NCBI GenBank assembly: GCA_020853795.1
Contig: JADYYF010000136.1
Span: 5,705 to 69,704 of the forward strand
Length of the DNA: 64,000 bases
Direction of reading: 5' to 3'
From: Candidatus Zixiibacteriota bacterium
Lineage (GTDB): Bacteria > Zixibacteria > MSB-5A5 > CAIYYT01
Part shown: piece after piece, positions 29,201-39,046 of the stretch
Layout: each line of letters opens with the position of its first letter
Numbering within the stretch: position 1 is the stretch's first letter
Program-made: the position numbers and the translations under genes
The notes under the pieces: generated by a model
Told to the model about the DNA's origin: nothing
Databases searched by the model: none
The model's input: only the letters and a program-made list of their open reading frames with translations

Positions 29201-29779
29201 TTAGTCGCCGGCCAGTTCGGGCGGTTGATTGGATTTGTGAAACGGCTTGATCTTGAGGCGGGAACGATCGATTCCAAGGGGTAAGCCTTGCGGGAACCGG
29301 GCGTATTTGGCCAGAGCGAGCCATTCCGATGGAACGGCATATTCATGCGCGGTTTTGGATTGGGAACCGGCAGCAATTGACCCGGAGATGATCCAGAGAG
29401 GAGCAGAAATGATCAACACCACGCCATGCGATATGGTCGAGAAGGAACCAAGCACTGTCCAGAAGGCCACTAAGCCGTGCCGGGAATCGAAGGACTGCAA
29501 GTGGACGCGGCCGGCATCTTGCGCCGAGAAGCCGTTGAGGAAGCCCAGGGTATCGAGAATGAAGATGCTGTCGAGTGTGACGGCGATGAGTTCGCCTTCG
29601 GTGTGAGTCATGTCCGGAGTGCCGGTTTCGAGCCGCGCCCAGGAGCCGTAGGCTTCGTGTTGCGTCACGCGCGGGGTTTCGAGCCAGCGATTCGGCGCGA
29701 TGGTACCGGCGCAGGCGGCGAGCATCAGGCACGAGGCGGCGACCAGTGCCGAGCAGAAACTAATTCGCGCTGCCGGCAT
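29201..29779 (-). CDS. hypothetical lipoprotein (lipobox LAAC)
   Basis: ORF track, with the start taken at MPAARISFCSALVAASCLMLAAC. No family recognised. The 3' part lies in a region with ORFs in all frames, so the true extent is uncertain. Confidence 0.4.
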   Translation of the reverse strand: MPAARISFCSALVAASCLMLAACAGTIAPNRWLETPRVTQHEAYGSWARLETGTPDMTHTEGELIAVTLDSIFILDTLGFLNGFSAQDAGRVHLQSFDSRHGLVAFWTVLGSFSTISHGVVLIISAPLWIISGSIAAGSQSKTAHEYAVPSEWLALAKYARFPQGLPLGIDRSRLKIKPFHKSNQPPELAGD

Positions 29780-31418
29780 AACGACTCTTCCAGAAATAGG
29801 CTTCCATTTCGCTTTCGATGCGTTTGTACTGGGGCGCCAGGACACGCATGGCCTGCTCGGGCTGCATCAGGATCATCATCGCCATCTCCGGATTGCGCTC
29901 GGCCTTCCAGTCTTCGCGCATCCACTCGAGATAGTAACCACGACTCTCCAGCCAGTACTCGTACTGCGGCGGTGATGGCGGCAGATCGAAGAAGAGTTCG
30001 AAGGTGTCGCCCGGCATGGACATGATCGGTTGATTGTCAACCAAGAGCGCCGCCAGAACGGAATCGCCCTGCCCGTTGCCGAATTTGATGGCCGAGGGTT
30101 TAATGCGCTCGACCGGCACCTGATCACCAAGACGTGCCAGTTGCGCGAGGTCGACACGCCAGCAGCCACGGGTCATACGCAATTGCAGTTTCTTGACCGA
30201 TTCGTCGTGTTTGCCCAAGCGCACGAGATGAACGTCGACCGCCAGCGGACCGGTTTCGCGGAAGGCGTCGACCCGGTACCAGCCGCCGCTGGTGTCTGGG
30301 AGCCAGACCTCAATGTCCGAGAGAGCCTCGCCGAAACCGCGGAACTTGGTCAATGATTCTTGGCCCTGCCGCTGCAGGCGGGCGAAGTAGTCGGCAACAT
30401 CTTCGCCCATGAAGGCCAGGGTCTTATAGAACAGAAAGGTCGTCAGGAGGGTTTGGCGGCAGCCGATGATCAGGCCCAATTCCCCGCTCAGGGGACGTTC
30501 GAACTCGACATTGACGGTGTCCTTGGTAGCCAGATCGGTGGAATCGGCGAGAGTGAACCATTCGCGGCCATCAATGGCAGTGACCATCGCGCTGTAGTCG
30601 CAGCAGGTACCGAACCACTGGGGATTGGTTGTTTCGAGCACGGGGTAGAATTCGCCGGCGGCGGTCGCGACGATGCGGGTGCTATCGGACCGGGGTGCCG
30701 CGAGCAGGTTGACGCTTCTGACGACATGGGTTTCGTAAGCTTCGTTAGTCATAACGAGGCGCGCCCGCGGTGGGGAGAATCGTGCCCGCCAGAGCGCATC
30801 GATGTCGGTTCGTTCGAGGGCGGGCGCAACGCTGGAGGAAAAGCCCTCGGCCTGGAGGAGGAGGCTGTCGCCATCATCGACGTAGAAAGTCGGGCAGGAG
30901 CCGAAACAAGCCTTGGGGTCGGCGATGCAGACAATGGTAATCGCGAGCGAGGCAACGGTAACGATCGAGAGTGCGGCGATGGCGGCGGAGGTGCGAGGCA
31001 CGTTGGTTTCGAAGATGGCCACCGAGTCGATGCTCAGCACGTACTGCCCCGAATCGATCAAATCGCGATTCCAGTCAAGATGGCGACCGAAGCCGCCGAC
31101 GGTGGCGCCAGTAGAAGGGACGGCCCAGTCGTGGAGGATATAGATGTCGCCAGCCTTCATGTGGACTTTGAGATACTTGGCCTCGGGGTTGAGCAGACGG
31201 GAGGCCTTGGGGCGCACCAACTCGCGTTCCTGCGTCATGACGGAGCAGCCGGCCAGGAGCAGCGCAAGCAGCGCGATGGTGAGCAACCGGATCAGGGATC
31301 TTGCGGCAGAATTGACCAAATCGCACTCCGCGTTGGGTGCCGGATGAGATGGATGTTCAATTCGAGTTGAAGGTTCGCGGTGATAAGATTGCAGGAAGTC
31401 CATCCGTCTGTCAACCAT
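29760..31418 (-). CDS. hypothetical lipoprotein with a lipobox LLAGCS and one internal TM segment
   Basis: ORF track, 552 aa. There is a long N-region before the lipobox. No family recognised. Confidence 0.5.
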   Translation of the reverse strand: MVDRRMDFLQSYHREPSTRIEHPSHPAPNAECDLVNSAARSLIRLLTIALLALLLAGCSVMTQERELVRPKASRLLNPEAKYLKVHMKAGDIYILHDWAVPSTGATVGGFGRHLDWNRDLIDSGQYVLSIDSVAIFETNVPRTSAAIAALSIVTVASLAITIVCIADPKACFGSCPTFYVDDGDSLLLQAEGFSSSVAPALERTDIDALWRARFSPPRARLVMTNEAYETHVVRSVNLLAAPRSDSTRIVATAAGEFYPVLETTNPQWFGTCCDYSAMVTAIDGREWFTLADSTDLATKDTVNVEFERPLSGELGLIIGCRQTLLTTFLFYKTLAFMGEDVADYFARLQRQGQESLTKFRGFGEALSDIEVWLPDTSGGWYRVDAFRETGPLAVDVHLVRLGKHDESVKKLQLRMTRGCWRVDLAQLARLGDQVPVERIKPSAIKFGNGQGDSVLAALLVDNQPIMSMPGDTFELFFDLPPSPPQYEYWLESRGYYLEWMREDWKAERNPEMAMMILMQPEQAMRVLAPQYKRIESEMEAYFWKSRYAGSAN

Positions 31419-31438
31419 TCATTTTCCGGCAGTCATCT

Positions 31439-32236
31439 TCATAGATCCAGCTCCAGGCCTTCGCGCGCCAAGCGGATTTGGCGGACGCCCCAGCGCAGCA
31501 GCTCCCGTCGCGCTGACTGGGAATCAAAGCCGACGTCGGTATGCGTGACAAGGACGAGGGTAACGCCGGCGGTGCGGAGCAAGGAACCGAGAGCGGCAAA
31601 GTCAACGTGGCTGGCCTCGACAACGAGCAGGTTGGTGGCGGCGAGAATACCGGTCAGATCGGCGGCCTGACCGAGGTCAGAGGAATAAACGAGGCGGCGA
31701 CGGGAGGCCTGAACAACAAAGGAGTAACACTGCGCCTGGTTGGGTTTGCCTGATCCTGTAAGAAGTTGGCGATGACGTTGGAGGTGGCTATTGGGATGCG
31801 CCTTGACCTTGACAGCGCCGATCGAGAATTCGCCACCGGGATTGATCGGATGGATTTGTATCGGGAAGCTAAGTTTGAGCGGATAGAGGTAAGTCAGGTC
31901 GAAGAGCGACTTGATACCGGCGACGGCTTCAGAGGGAGCGTAGATGTCGAGCCGCGAACGGCGTTTGAGGATGTAGTTCCACTGGATGAAGAGCGGCAGA
32001 CCCATGACATGATCGGCGTGCAGGTGCGAGATGACGACGGCATTGATGCGACGCGGATCATGGCCGAGCCGTTGCATCGCGGAGCTGGCGCCTTCGCCGA
32101 TATCGAGGAGGATGCGCTGTTGTCCGGCCTGCAAGAGGTAGCAGGAACAGGCCAGCCGGGGATGCGGATTGCCGGAGGAGCAGCCGATGACGGTCAGTTT
32201 GGGCATGGCGAACTTCGGCGAGAATGCCGGCGGCAC
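31439..32236 (-). CDS. MBL-fold metallo-hydrolase
   Basis: HLHADH motif (HxHxDH); 265 aa. Confidence 0.7.
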   Translation of the reverse strand: MPPAFSPKFAMPKLTVIGCSSGNPHPRLACSCYLLQAGQQRILLDIGEGASSAMQRLGHDPRRINAVVISHLHADHVMGLPLFIQWNYILKRRSRLDIYAPSEAVAGIKSLFDLTYLYPLKLSFPIQIHPINPGGEFSIGAVKVKAHPNSHLQRHRQLLTGSGKPNQAQCYSFVVQASRRRLVYSSDLGQAADLTGILAATNLLVVEASHVDFAALGSLLRTAGVTLVLVTHTDVGFDSQSARRELLRWGVRQIRLAREGLELDL

Positions 32237-32254
32237 CGTGCTGCCGGATCGGGG

Positions 32255-33289
32255 TTACGATTCGAAGACTTCACGGAAAACACGGATGGCCTCGGCGATG
32301 TCCTCGCGGTTGACATCCATGTGGGTGACACAGCGGATCTTGTGGCGGCCGAAGCCGACGGCGAGGACGCCCTTCTCCTTCAGGGCGGCGACGACATCGC
32401 TAACTTCGCGGCCCGATTTCTCGATGCCGATGACGACGATATTGGTTTGGACGCTGTCGAGGTCGATGTAGACCTCTTCGATCTCGGAGAGGGATTCGGC
32501 GAGATACCAGGCGTTGTCGTGGTCTTCAGCGAGGCGGGCGATGTTGTGATCGAGGGCGTAGACAGCCGCAGCGGCGAGGATACCGACCTGGCGCATACCG
32601 CCGCCGAACATTTTGCGATTTCGGCGGGCGATAGCGATGAGGTCGCGGTCGGCGACGACGGCCGAGCCGATCGGCGCGCCGAGGCCCTTGGAGAAGCAGA
32701 CGTTGATCGTGTCGGCGAACTGGGCATAGTCAGAGAGCGGGATGCCGGTGGCGACGTGGGCGTTCCAGATGCGGGCGCCGTCGAGGTGGATGGCGACGCG
32801 GTTTTCGTCGGCCAGCTCGCGCAGCGATTGCATGCCGTCGATCGGGAAAATTGTGCCGCCGGCGCGATTGTGGGTGTTTTCAATAGCGATAATGCCGGTA
32901 CGGGGCGAATGAAGATCGCCGCCACGCAGCAGCGGGGCGATATCGGCGGCGGTGAAGACGCCGCGGACGCCGCGGACGACGTGGAAGAGCAAGCCCGAAA
33001 GCGCCGCTCCGGCGGCGGCTTCATAGTTGAAGATGTGGCAGCCCTCGTCGCAGATAATTTCCTCGCCCGGCTGGGCGAGGGAGCGGATCGCGACTTGATT
33101 TCCCATGGTGCCGGAGGGCACGAACAAGGCGGCTTCCTTGCCGAACATCTCGGCAACTTTGCGTTCGAGACGGATGACGGTGGGATCGTCGCCGAAGACG
33201 TCATCACCGACCTCGGCGGAGGCGATAGCATTGCGCATCGCTTCGGACGGACGAGTGACGGTGTCGGATCTGAGGTCGATGTATTGCAT
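32255..33289 (-). CDS. ltaE: low-specificity L-threonine aldolase
   Basis: MQYIDLRSDTVTRP...GDDVFGDDPTV...SGTMGNQ is the threonine aldolase (PLP enzyme) N-terminal pattern; 344 aa. Confidence 0.85.
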   Translation of the reverse strand: MQYIDLRSDTVTRPSEAMRNAIASAEVGDDVFGDDPTVIRLERKVAEMFGKEAALFVPSGTMGNQVAIRSLAQPGEEIICDEGCHIFNYEAAAGAALSGLLFHVVRGVRGVFTAADIAPLLRGGDLHSPRTGIIAIENTHNRAGGTIFPIDGMQSLRELADENRVAIHLDGARIWNAHVATGIPLSDYAQFADTINVCFSKGLGAPIGSAVVADRDLIAIARRNRKMFGGGMRQVGILAAAAVYALDHNIARLAEDHDNAWYLAESLSEIEEVYIDLDSVQTNIVVIGIEKSGREVSDVVAALKEKGVLAVGFGRHKIRCVTHMDVNREDIAEAIRVFREVFES

Positions 33290-33349
33290 GCGAGGAAAAG
33301 AAGGGCAGTTGTTGGGGGTGGGTCAAGGAAAAAGCGAGAGGGGGGTTGA

Positions 33350-33964
33350 CTAAGGCAGCGCGGGCCACCAGGCCATCATCAGGTACATGACCAGGCCGGA
33401 GGTCAGGGGGACGGTGAGGTTGTCGTCGCGGTAGATGGAGACGGCTTCGACGAGAGCCGCAACGATCGCGCCAACCACACCGACGGTATAGGGAACCTTG
33501 GGCACGAGGACGATGATCAGGAGTGCCACGGCCAGGAAGCCGAGAGCGCCTTCGAGGGATTTTGGGCCGCGGATCTTGTGTTTGCCGAACTTGCGGCCGA
33601 CCATGGCCGAGGCGACATCGCCGGCGATTTCGAAGGTAATCGCGGTCGCGGCGAGCCAGCGTGGAAACAAGGCGATGGTCAGGGTTCCGGCCAGCAGGAT
33701 GTAGAAGGCGCCGGTGAAGTTGCCGTTGCGTTCTTTGGGGCGGATCATGCCGCCGACGAAAGGTTCAATCCAAAGCCAGGGGGCGAGGCGGCGGAGGCGG
33801 AAGACCTCGAAGGCGGCGACAATGAGGAAGGCGGTCGCCATGACGCCAATGGCCCACGGCCGGGGGAAAATGATGTAGCTGGTGGGAATCAGCAAAGCGA
33901 TGAAGTGCGTCGCTTTGCGCAACGCCTCTTGCTGATAGCTGATGTTGCTGTGATCAGTCTCCAC
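33350..33964 (-). CDS. polytopic membrane protein of the CTP-dependent phosphotransferase (CDS/dolichol-kinase/phytol-kinase-like) superfamily
   Basis: Multi-TM with a cytidylyltransferase-family-like core. Start set at the GTG (VETDHSN) that overlaps the upstream stop; the ORF-track start at 34018 would overlap the PPIase gene by 65 nt. Confidence 0.4.
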   Translation of the reverse strand: METDHSNISYQQEALRKATHFIALLIPTSYIIFPRPWAIGVMATAFLIVAAFEVFRLRRLAPWLWIEPFVGGMIRPKERNGNFTGAFYILLAGTLTIALFPRWLAATAITFEIAGDVASAMVGRKFGKHKIRGPKSLEGALGFLAVALLIIVLVPKVPYTVGVVGAIVAALVEAVSIYRDDNLTVPLTSGLVMYLMMAWWPALP

Positions 33965-35786
33965 GCGGCGGTTGCGCCTGCTGGAGTGAATCGGCGATTT
34001 GGAAGTAGCGCGGCGCATTGGCGAAGTCGATCTGCTTCCAGAGATCGTCGTAACGGACGATTTTCCGACCCTTCTTCAACCACGACACCCACTTGTTTTC
34101 CTGCTCCGCGTAAGCCTGCTCGCGCAGTTTGCGCCGCACATCGTTCTTGGCGGCCGAGAACTCCAGCTGCATTTTCTTGTCGAGGACTTTGACCAGGTGG
34201 AAGCCCCATTTGGTGCGCACCGGTCCAGTGACCTGGCCGACTTGAGTGAGCCAGGCCTTGTCGTACAGGGCCGAGTCGACATCGTTGCGACCGATCCAGC
34301 CGAGATCGAAGGCGGCCTCTTTGAAGTCCTGCTCGCCGGGGTAGTACTGCATGGCCACCTCCTTGAAGTCGGCGCCGGCGCGGACCTCGCGCAGTGCAGC
34401 CACGGCCTTCAGCGAATCCGCGAAGACGACCTGCTGGATTTGCACCGGCTTGTCGGCGTTGAACTCTTTCCGGTGTTTGTTGTAGTAGCCTTCAAGTTCG
34501 GCATCGCTCCACTCGAGATTGGTGGGGATGCGGTCGCGGCCGATGCGGTTTTGGATTTCGGAGCGGCGGAGGTTGTTGTAAGCGGTCTTGATCGTATCGG
34601 TGTCGAAGTAGCCGAGTTGACGGCTGACCGCGGAGAGCACCCAGGGCGCGGATTTCGAGATCACCAGGCTCTTGCGCACGTCGGGTGTGATTTCGACGCC
34701 GCGGCGGCCGGTGCGATACATCATTTCGTACTCGCGCAGGACGCCGGCGGTGATCGTATCGGTGCCGTTAACGATGCAGACCCAATCGTACTGGTCGTAG
34801 TCACCGACGTCACGAGTGAGAATATCATCGTTCCATTCATAGCTGGCCAGTTGGAAAACGCTGTCGACGAAGTGCTGGGCGATGCGGGTGTCGATCTGCA
34901 TCGCGAGCTGTTGGCGGATTTGCGCGCGCAGTGATTCATCGAGCGGCACGACGTGTTCGGCGGACGCGGAGTCGACGCGCAGAATGTGCCAGCCATAGAT
35001 TGACTTAAACGGTTTGCTGACTGCGCCGACCGGCAGTGAGAAGGCGGCATTGGAGAATTCCTCAACCATGTCCTCGCGCCTGAACCAGCCGGAGTCGCCG
35101 CGGCGCGCCTTGGAGTTGCTGTCGTGCGAGTATTTGGCGGCCAGCTCGGCGATATCGGCGCCGTTCTGAATCTCCTGGTAGTACCGGTCGATCAGCTCTT
35201 TCTCTTTGGCTTTCAGTGTTTCGGTCGACCAGCCGGTGACATCAAAGCCGGTGGCCTCCCACGCCTTGGGATTGTCGGACATCAGAATATGTGTGACGGC
35301 GCGACGCGCCGGCGTGGTATAGCTAGGGAGATTAACGCGGTAGAAGCTGTCGATCGACGAGTCGGGGACGACGGTATGCTGCGAGATGCGATCCCAGAAC
35401 ATGTACTGCATGACGACATCGTGGAGGCGATTGCGGGCGAGGCGATGGATTTCTTTGGGGTCGAAATCTCCGAAATCGCCGGCCTTGATGAAGGCGAGCT
35501 TGCGGTAGAGCACTTCGTTGTAGGCATTTTCCGGAGTCGCGGCCTTGTTGCTGCCGGGAATGGTGAGTTGATCCAATTCCCGCAACACTTCACCGAGGGT
35601 GATCGTTTCGTTGTCGACGGTGGCGATTACCGTATTGGCGTTGATCGGTCCTTCCTGTTGAATGCGGGGTGTATCTTTCTCGCAGCCGGCCAGCCAGAGA
35701 GCGCCACCGGTCAGACCGACGATCAGGATCAAGGCTAAACGCAGTTTCAACACTCGCAATACTCCTTCAGATGGAAGCTGTCGCAC
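33954..35786 (-). CDS. periplasmic chaperone / peptidyl-prolyl isomerase with two parvulin domains (SurA/PpiD-like)
   Basis: Two parvulin signatures (SIYGWHILRV and TKWGFHLVKV). N-terminal anchor or lipobox (LWLAGC). 610 aa. Confidence 0.75.
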   Translation of the reverse strand: MRQLPSEGVLRVLKLRLALILIVGLTGGALWLAGCEKDTPRIQQEGPINANTVIATVDNETITLGEVLRELDQLTIPGSNKAATPENAYNEVLYRKLAFIKAGDFGDFDPKEIHRLARNRLHDVVMQYMFWDRISQHTVVPDSSIDSFYRVNLPSYTTPARRAVTHILMSDNPKAWEATGFDVTGWSTETLKAKEKELIDRYYQEIQNGADIAELAAKYSHDSNSKARRGDSGWFRREDMVEEFSNAAFSLPVGAVSKPFKSIYGWHILRVDSASAEHVVPLDESLRAQIRQQLAMQIDTRIAQHFVDSVFQLASYEWNDDILTRDVGDYDQYDWVCIVNGTDTITAGVLREYEMMYRTGRRGVEITPDVRKSLVISKSAPWVLSAVSRQLGYFDTDTIKTAYNNLRRSEIQNRIGRDRIPTNLEWSDAELEGYYNKHRKEFNADKPVQIQQVVFADSLKAVAALREVRAGADFKEVAMQYYPGEQDFKEAAFDLGWIGRNDVDSALYDKAWLTQVGQVTGPVRTKWGFHLVKVLDKKMQLEFSAAKNDVRRKLREQAYAEQENKWVSWLKKGRKIVRYDDLWKQIDFANAPRYFQIADSLQQAQPPRGD

Positions 35787-35804
35787 CGGCCCGGAGACCG
35801 GTTC

Positions 35805-36758
35805 TCAGAGTTCGATATTAAGCGAAACCCGGTACGAATTGTCAAGGTCGCTGTGGTCCATAAAGGCGCCGTCGAGGCGGAAGCGCTGGTAGCGCAGGCC
35901 GATACCCAAGGTCAGGCGGCCGATGTCGGCGCCGCCGCGGAAGTAGACGATTTCGTGATAGCCGATTTCCCCACCGAGGTGGGTATCGAGAGAGGCGCCG
36001 CCGATTGCCAGTTGCGCGGACTCATCGCGGCCCTCGAACAAGATGTCGCCATCGGCCGCTGCCCGGACGGAGAAGTCATCGACGACCAGACGATACGAGG
36101 CGCCGAGTCGCAGTGCCGGCACGATCGATTCGGTGGTGCCGTTGTCGTATGACAGGAAGGTCGAGGTGGCGTTGGTGAGGGTTGCGCCAAACGTCAGGTC
36201 GTCACGGCGGCCGTACTGCAGGCCGGCATCGAGTCCGAGGCCCCAGGCGGAATTCCCGGCGAGCGAGCGCAGAACAACTTTGGCCGCACCGCCGAGGCGC
36301 CAGCGGTCAGACAAGCGGAGTCCGCCGCCGACCAGCACGAGGTAATCGTAATGCCCTTCTTCGGAGATGATCTTCGGACCGCCGGTGTTCGGATCCTTCT
36401 CGGTAAGAATGATGCCACCGCCGCCGACACGGTAGATGCCGATGGCGCCGGCGCCCGACTTGTCGCGAAGAGTAAGCGGCCGGGCGTAGGCCAGGAAATC
36501 ATGGTTGACGAGCGAGCCGAAGGTCTCCGAATGGAGCAAGGCTACCTGTTGCCGCTCCACGAGGGCCAAGCCGGCCGGGTTGTAATAGACGGCGGTGGGA
36601 TCATCAGTGAACGAGGCAGCGCTGCCGCCCATGGCGAGGGCGCGGGCATGGGCGCCGAGAACGAAAGCTTCGTTGGCGTATTTCGCCGCCGAAGCGGCGT
36701 CGAAGCAGACGACCAGCACGAAACAAGCGGTTATGAATCGTCGAATTGGGCTTTGCAT
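35805..36758 (-). CDS. putative outer-membrane beta-barrel protein (FadL/PorV- or PorP/SprF-like)
   Basis: Signal peptide starting at MQSPIRRFITACFVLVV, YYNPAGLA near the N-terminus, and alternating beta-strand pattern. Start moved to M30 because the first 29 codons overlap the terminator hairpin. Confidence 0.4.
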   Translation of the reverse strand: MQSPIRRFITACFVLVVCFDAASAAKYANEAFVLGAHARALAMGGSAASFTDDPTAVYYNPAGLALVERQQVALLHSETFGSLVNHDFLAYARPLTLRDKSGAGAIGIYRVGGGGIILTEKDPNTGGPKIISEEGHYDYLVLVGGGLRLSDRWRLGGAAKVVLRSLAGNSAWGLGLDAGLQYGRRDDLTFGATLTNATSTFLSYDNGTTESIVPALRLGASYRLVVDDFSVRAAADGDILFEGRDESAQLAIGGASLDTHLGGEIGYHEIVYFRGGADIGRLTLGIGLRYQRFRLDGAFMDHSDLDNSYRVSLNIEL

Positions 36759-36814
36759 CGTTCTCAATTGCCGCGCCAAGCTACGTCGCGTACCTGGCAG
36801 TGTCAATGCTTTAT

Positions 36815-36851
36815 ACCAACAAAAAGGGCGGTTGAACAAGTTCAACCGCCC
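36815..36851 (-). terminator. rho-independent terminator after the HMA-domain gene
   Basis: gggcggttgaac-aa-gttcaaccgccc is a 12-bp perfect stem (36826-36851). It is followed on the minus strand by UUUUUGUUGG. Confidence 0.65.
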
Positions 36852-36875
36852 GGAGATGACAATACCGCAGTCGGT

Positions 36876-37592
36876 TTACGACTCGCTGGTTTTGGTTTCC
36901 TTCGACTTGGTGCACGTAGCAGAGTTGGCACACTGCTTCTGGCACTGTTCCGGAGTCATGCTGGAGCCGAACACGGCCTTCATGTCTTCGGTGCAGTCGG
37001 TCTTGAGGCTGGCGACATAGCCGGCCTTCGAGATGGTGTTGATGACATCGTCGGTCTTAACCTTGTCGGCATGGAAGACGATGGTCGAGGTTTTCTTCTC
37101 AAGGCTGGTTTCGACCGCGCAGACGCCGTCGATGCTGCCAATAGCTTTGTTGATCGACTCAACGCAGCCGTTGCAGTGCATCTTGTCAACGCTGACGAAC
37201 GCCACTTTCGCGTCGCCGCACTTCAGGGCTTCCGCGACCGAGACGGACGGATGGCCGTTCGGCAGGGTTGCGCCAGCAGTGGTGGTTTTGGCGCCGCCCA
37301 TGCAGGCCGCTTTCTCAGCCGCGGTGCAGGTCGCACCGGCCTTGGTCGCGCCTTCCTTACCGGTACACGAGGCACCGGCCTTCATCGCGCCGTCTTTCGA
37401 GCCGCAGGTCGCGCCGACTTTCTGCACGGTGGCATTGTCATTGGTCGCCGCCGTCGTCGTCACTTTGGCCTTGTCGCCGCAGCCGGAGGCTGAAGCCTTC
37501 TCGGTCTTCGCGCCGTCACAGGCGAACATCGCCGGAGCCGCCACTAAGACTGCCAGTGCGACGGCCATACAGATAAAGGCGAATCGTCTCAT
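36876..37592 (-). CDS. secreted Cys-rich protein with a C-terminal heavy-metal-associated (HMA, MxCxxC) domain
   Basis: MHCNGCVESINKAI is an HMA motif. The N-terminal half has repeated G(A/T)(T/S)CxxK(D/E)GA(M/T)KAGA(S/T)C units. Signal peptide present. GGAGGA Shine-Dalgarno before the ATG at 37592. Confidence 0.75.
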   Translation of the reverse strand: MRRFAFICMAVALAVLVAAPAMFACDGAKTEKASASGCGDKAKVTTTAATNDNATVQKVGATCGSKDGAMKAGASCTGKEGATKAGATCTAAEKAACMGGAKTTTAGATLPNGHPSVSVAEALKCGDAKVAFVSVDKMHCNGCVESINKAIGSIDGVCAVETSLEKKTSTIVFHADKVKTDDVINTISKAGYVASLKTDCTEDMKAVFGSSMTPEQCQKQCANSATCTKSKETKTSES

Positions 37593-37657
37593 CTGTTTTT
37601 CCTCCTGATGTAGTGTTGTGGGTGTTTGGTTATTATTCATTCTCATCTATTTCGTAT

Positions 37658-38170
37658 TTACAGGTACTGAGCGATCTTCTGTTCCCAGTATTGGGCGTCT
37701 TTGAACCCGACGACCTTGTCGACGACGGCGCCGTCGCGATTGACCAGGATGGCGACCGGAATTGAGCGACCGATATTCCAGCGCATTGCGACATCCGGGT
37801 TGCCCATCAGAATCGTGTATGGTATCTGGAACGATCGCGCGAAACTGGCGACCGAGTCTTTGGCGATGTTGTCGAGCGAGATCCCGACGACTTCAAATCC
37901 GCGCCCGGAGAGCTTCTTGTGCAAGTCCGCCAGATGCGGAATCGAGCGCCGGCACGGTGGGCACCAAGTCGCCCAGAAGTCGACGAGGACGACCTTGCCC
38001 TTGTAGCTGCTGAAATCGACGGTTCCGCCGGCAACATTCTCCAGTTTGAATCCGGGGGCCGTTGCGGCCTGAGCCGTCGTGCCGCCGCTGCTTTGCGAGC
38101 CGCACGAAACCAACAACGCTGATGCCGCAGCGACCAGCACGGCAAAGATCGCAACGATTAATCGCTTCAC
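37658..38170 (-). CDS. TlpA/ResA-like thiol:disulfide oxidoreductase lipoprotein
   Basis: WATWCPPCRRSIPHL is a thioredoxin CxxC motif. Lipobox LLVSCGS. The ATG overlaps the upstream stop (ATGA). Confidence 0.8.
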   Translation of the reverse strand: MKRLIVAIFAVLVAAASALLVSCGSQSSGGTTAQAATAPGFKLENVAGGTVDFSSYKGKVVLVDFWATWCPPCRRSIPHLADLHKKLSGRGFEVVGISLDNIAKDSVASFARSFQIPYTILMGNPDVAMRWNIGRSIPVAILVNRDGAVVDKVVGFKDAQYWEQKIAQYL

Positions 38171-38952
38171 GGCTTGGCCGCCTTCTCCTTAACCGGGGTC
38201 GCGGCGGTGGCGCGATCGGTCACGCCATACAGTTTTCCGCCGCGGAAAGTGAGGCTGACATTATCCGAGTACAGCCAATCTTCTGCCGGACCTTGCGGAA
38301 GCGTCTTAGTTTCCACCGATTGCGGCGCGCCCCAACTGGCTTTCACCTGGGCCGCCGTCATACCCAATTTCAGTTTCGCCTGTGGGCGAACCGTTCCCAA
38401 TTTCTGCTGGAGGGTAATATAATCAGTGAAGGCCATTTCGTCATTATAATTATTACCCACGTAGTCAAGTATGTACTGCATGGCGGTAGAATCGATATAT
38501 CCCGGGGCGGGGGCGATCTTGGCGCCGGAGGGCTCCAGGAACCAAGTGGTCGGATAGCCGCGGACGCCGTATTGCAGAGTCAGACCCTTCTCGGTGATAT
38601 CCCCGTCGTTAAGCTTGAGGACATCGTAGGAGTCGCCGTCGACGACGGCGGCGACGAAACGGTCGCCGATGGTTTTCACGACCTCGGGATTGCGGTAGGT
38701 GGAGGCCTTCATCTTCTTGCACCAGCCGCACCAGGATGTGGTGAAATTGACGATGACGTGCTTGTTTTCTTTCTTGGCCTTGGCCAGTGCCTGATCGTAC
38801 TTCATCCACGTAATCAGATCGCCGGATTTTTCCTCGGCGTGGGCGATGAGCAGCGGCACGACGATAAAGGCGGCGCAGACGATAGCGAGCGGAAGCCCGA
38901 TCGGAAGTCGCTTGAGTTGTCGGTTGTCGTTAGCCAAGGTCGAAGTATCCAT
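38167..38952 (-). CDS. membrane-anchored thioredoxin-fold protein
   Basis: TSWCGWCKKM motif and an N-terminal TM helix. Start taken at MDTSTLAN (AAGGA Shine-Dalgarno), downstream of the hairpin at 38979-38996. Confidence 0.65.
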   Translation of the reverse strand: MDTSTLANDNRQLKRLPIGLPLAIVCAAFIVVPLLIAHAEEKSGDLITWMKYDQALAKAKKENKHVIVNFTTSWCGWCKKMKASTYRNPEVVKTIGDRFVAAVVDGDSYDVLKLNDGDITEKGLTLQYGVRGYPTTWFLEPSGAKIAPAPGYIDSTAMQYILDYVGNNYNDEMAFTDYITLQQKLGTVRPQAKLKLGMTAAQVKASWGAPQSVETKTLPQGPAEDWLYSDNVSLTFRGGKLYGVTDRATAATPVKEKAAKP

Positions 38953-38978
38953 CCTTGTGGCAAGATGCCGTCGAAGTA

Positions 38979-38996
38979 GAAAGACCGGGGTCTTTC
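38979..38996 (-). terminator. short hairpin downstream of dnaE (weak terminator candidate)
   Basis: gaaagac-cggg-gtctttc has a 7-bp stem and no U-tract. Confidence 0.25.
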
Positions 38997-39046
38997 GGAC
39001 GCTGTTTCTCATTTTAACCCTATCAAAATACTCCAGTTCCCGGAAT

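Noticed and set aside
31766-33349. 527-aa plus-strand ORF
   Set aside because: It is antisense to ltaE and the MBL hydrolase gene.
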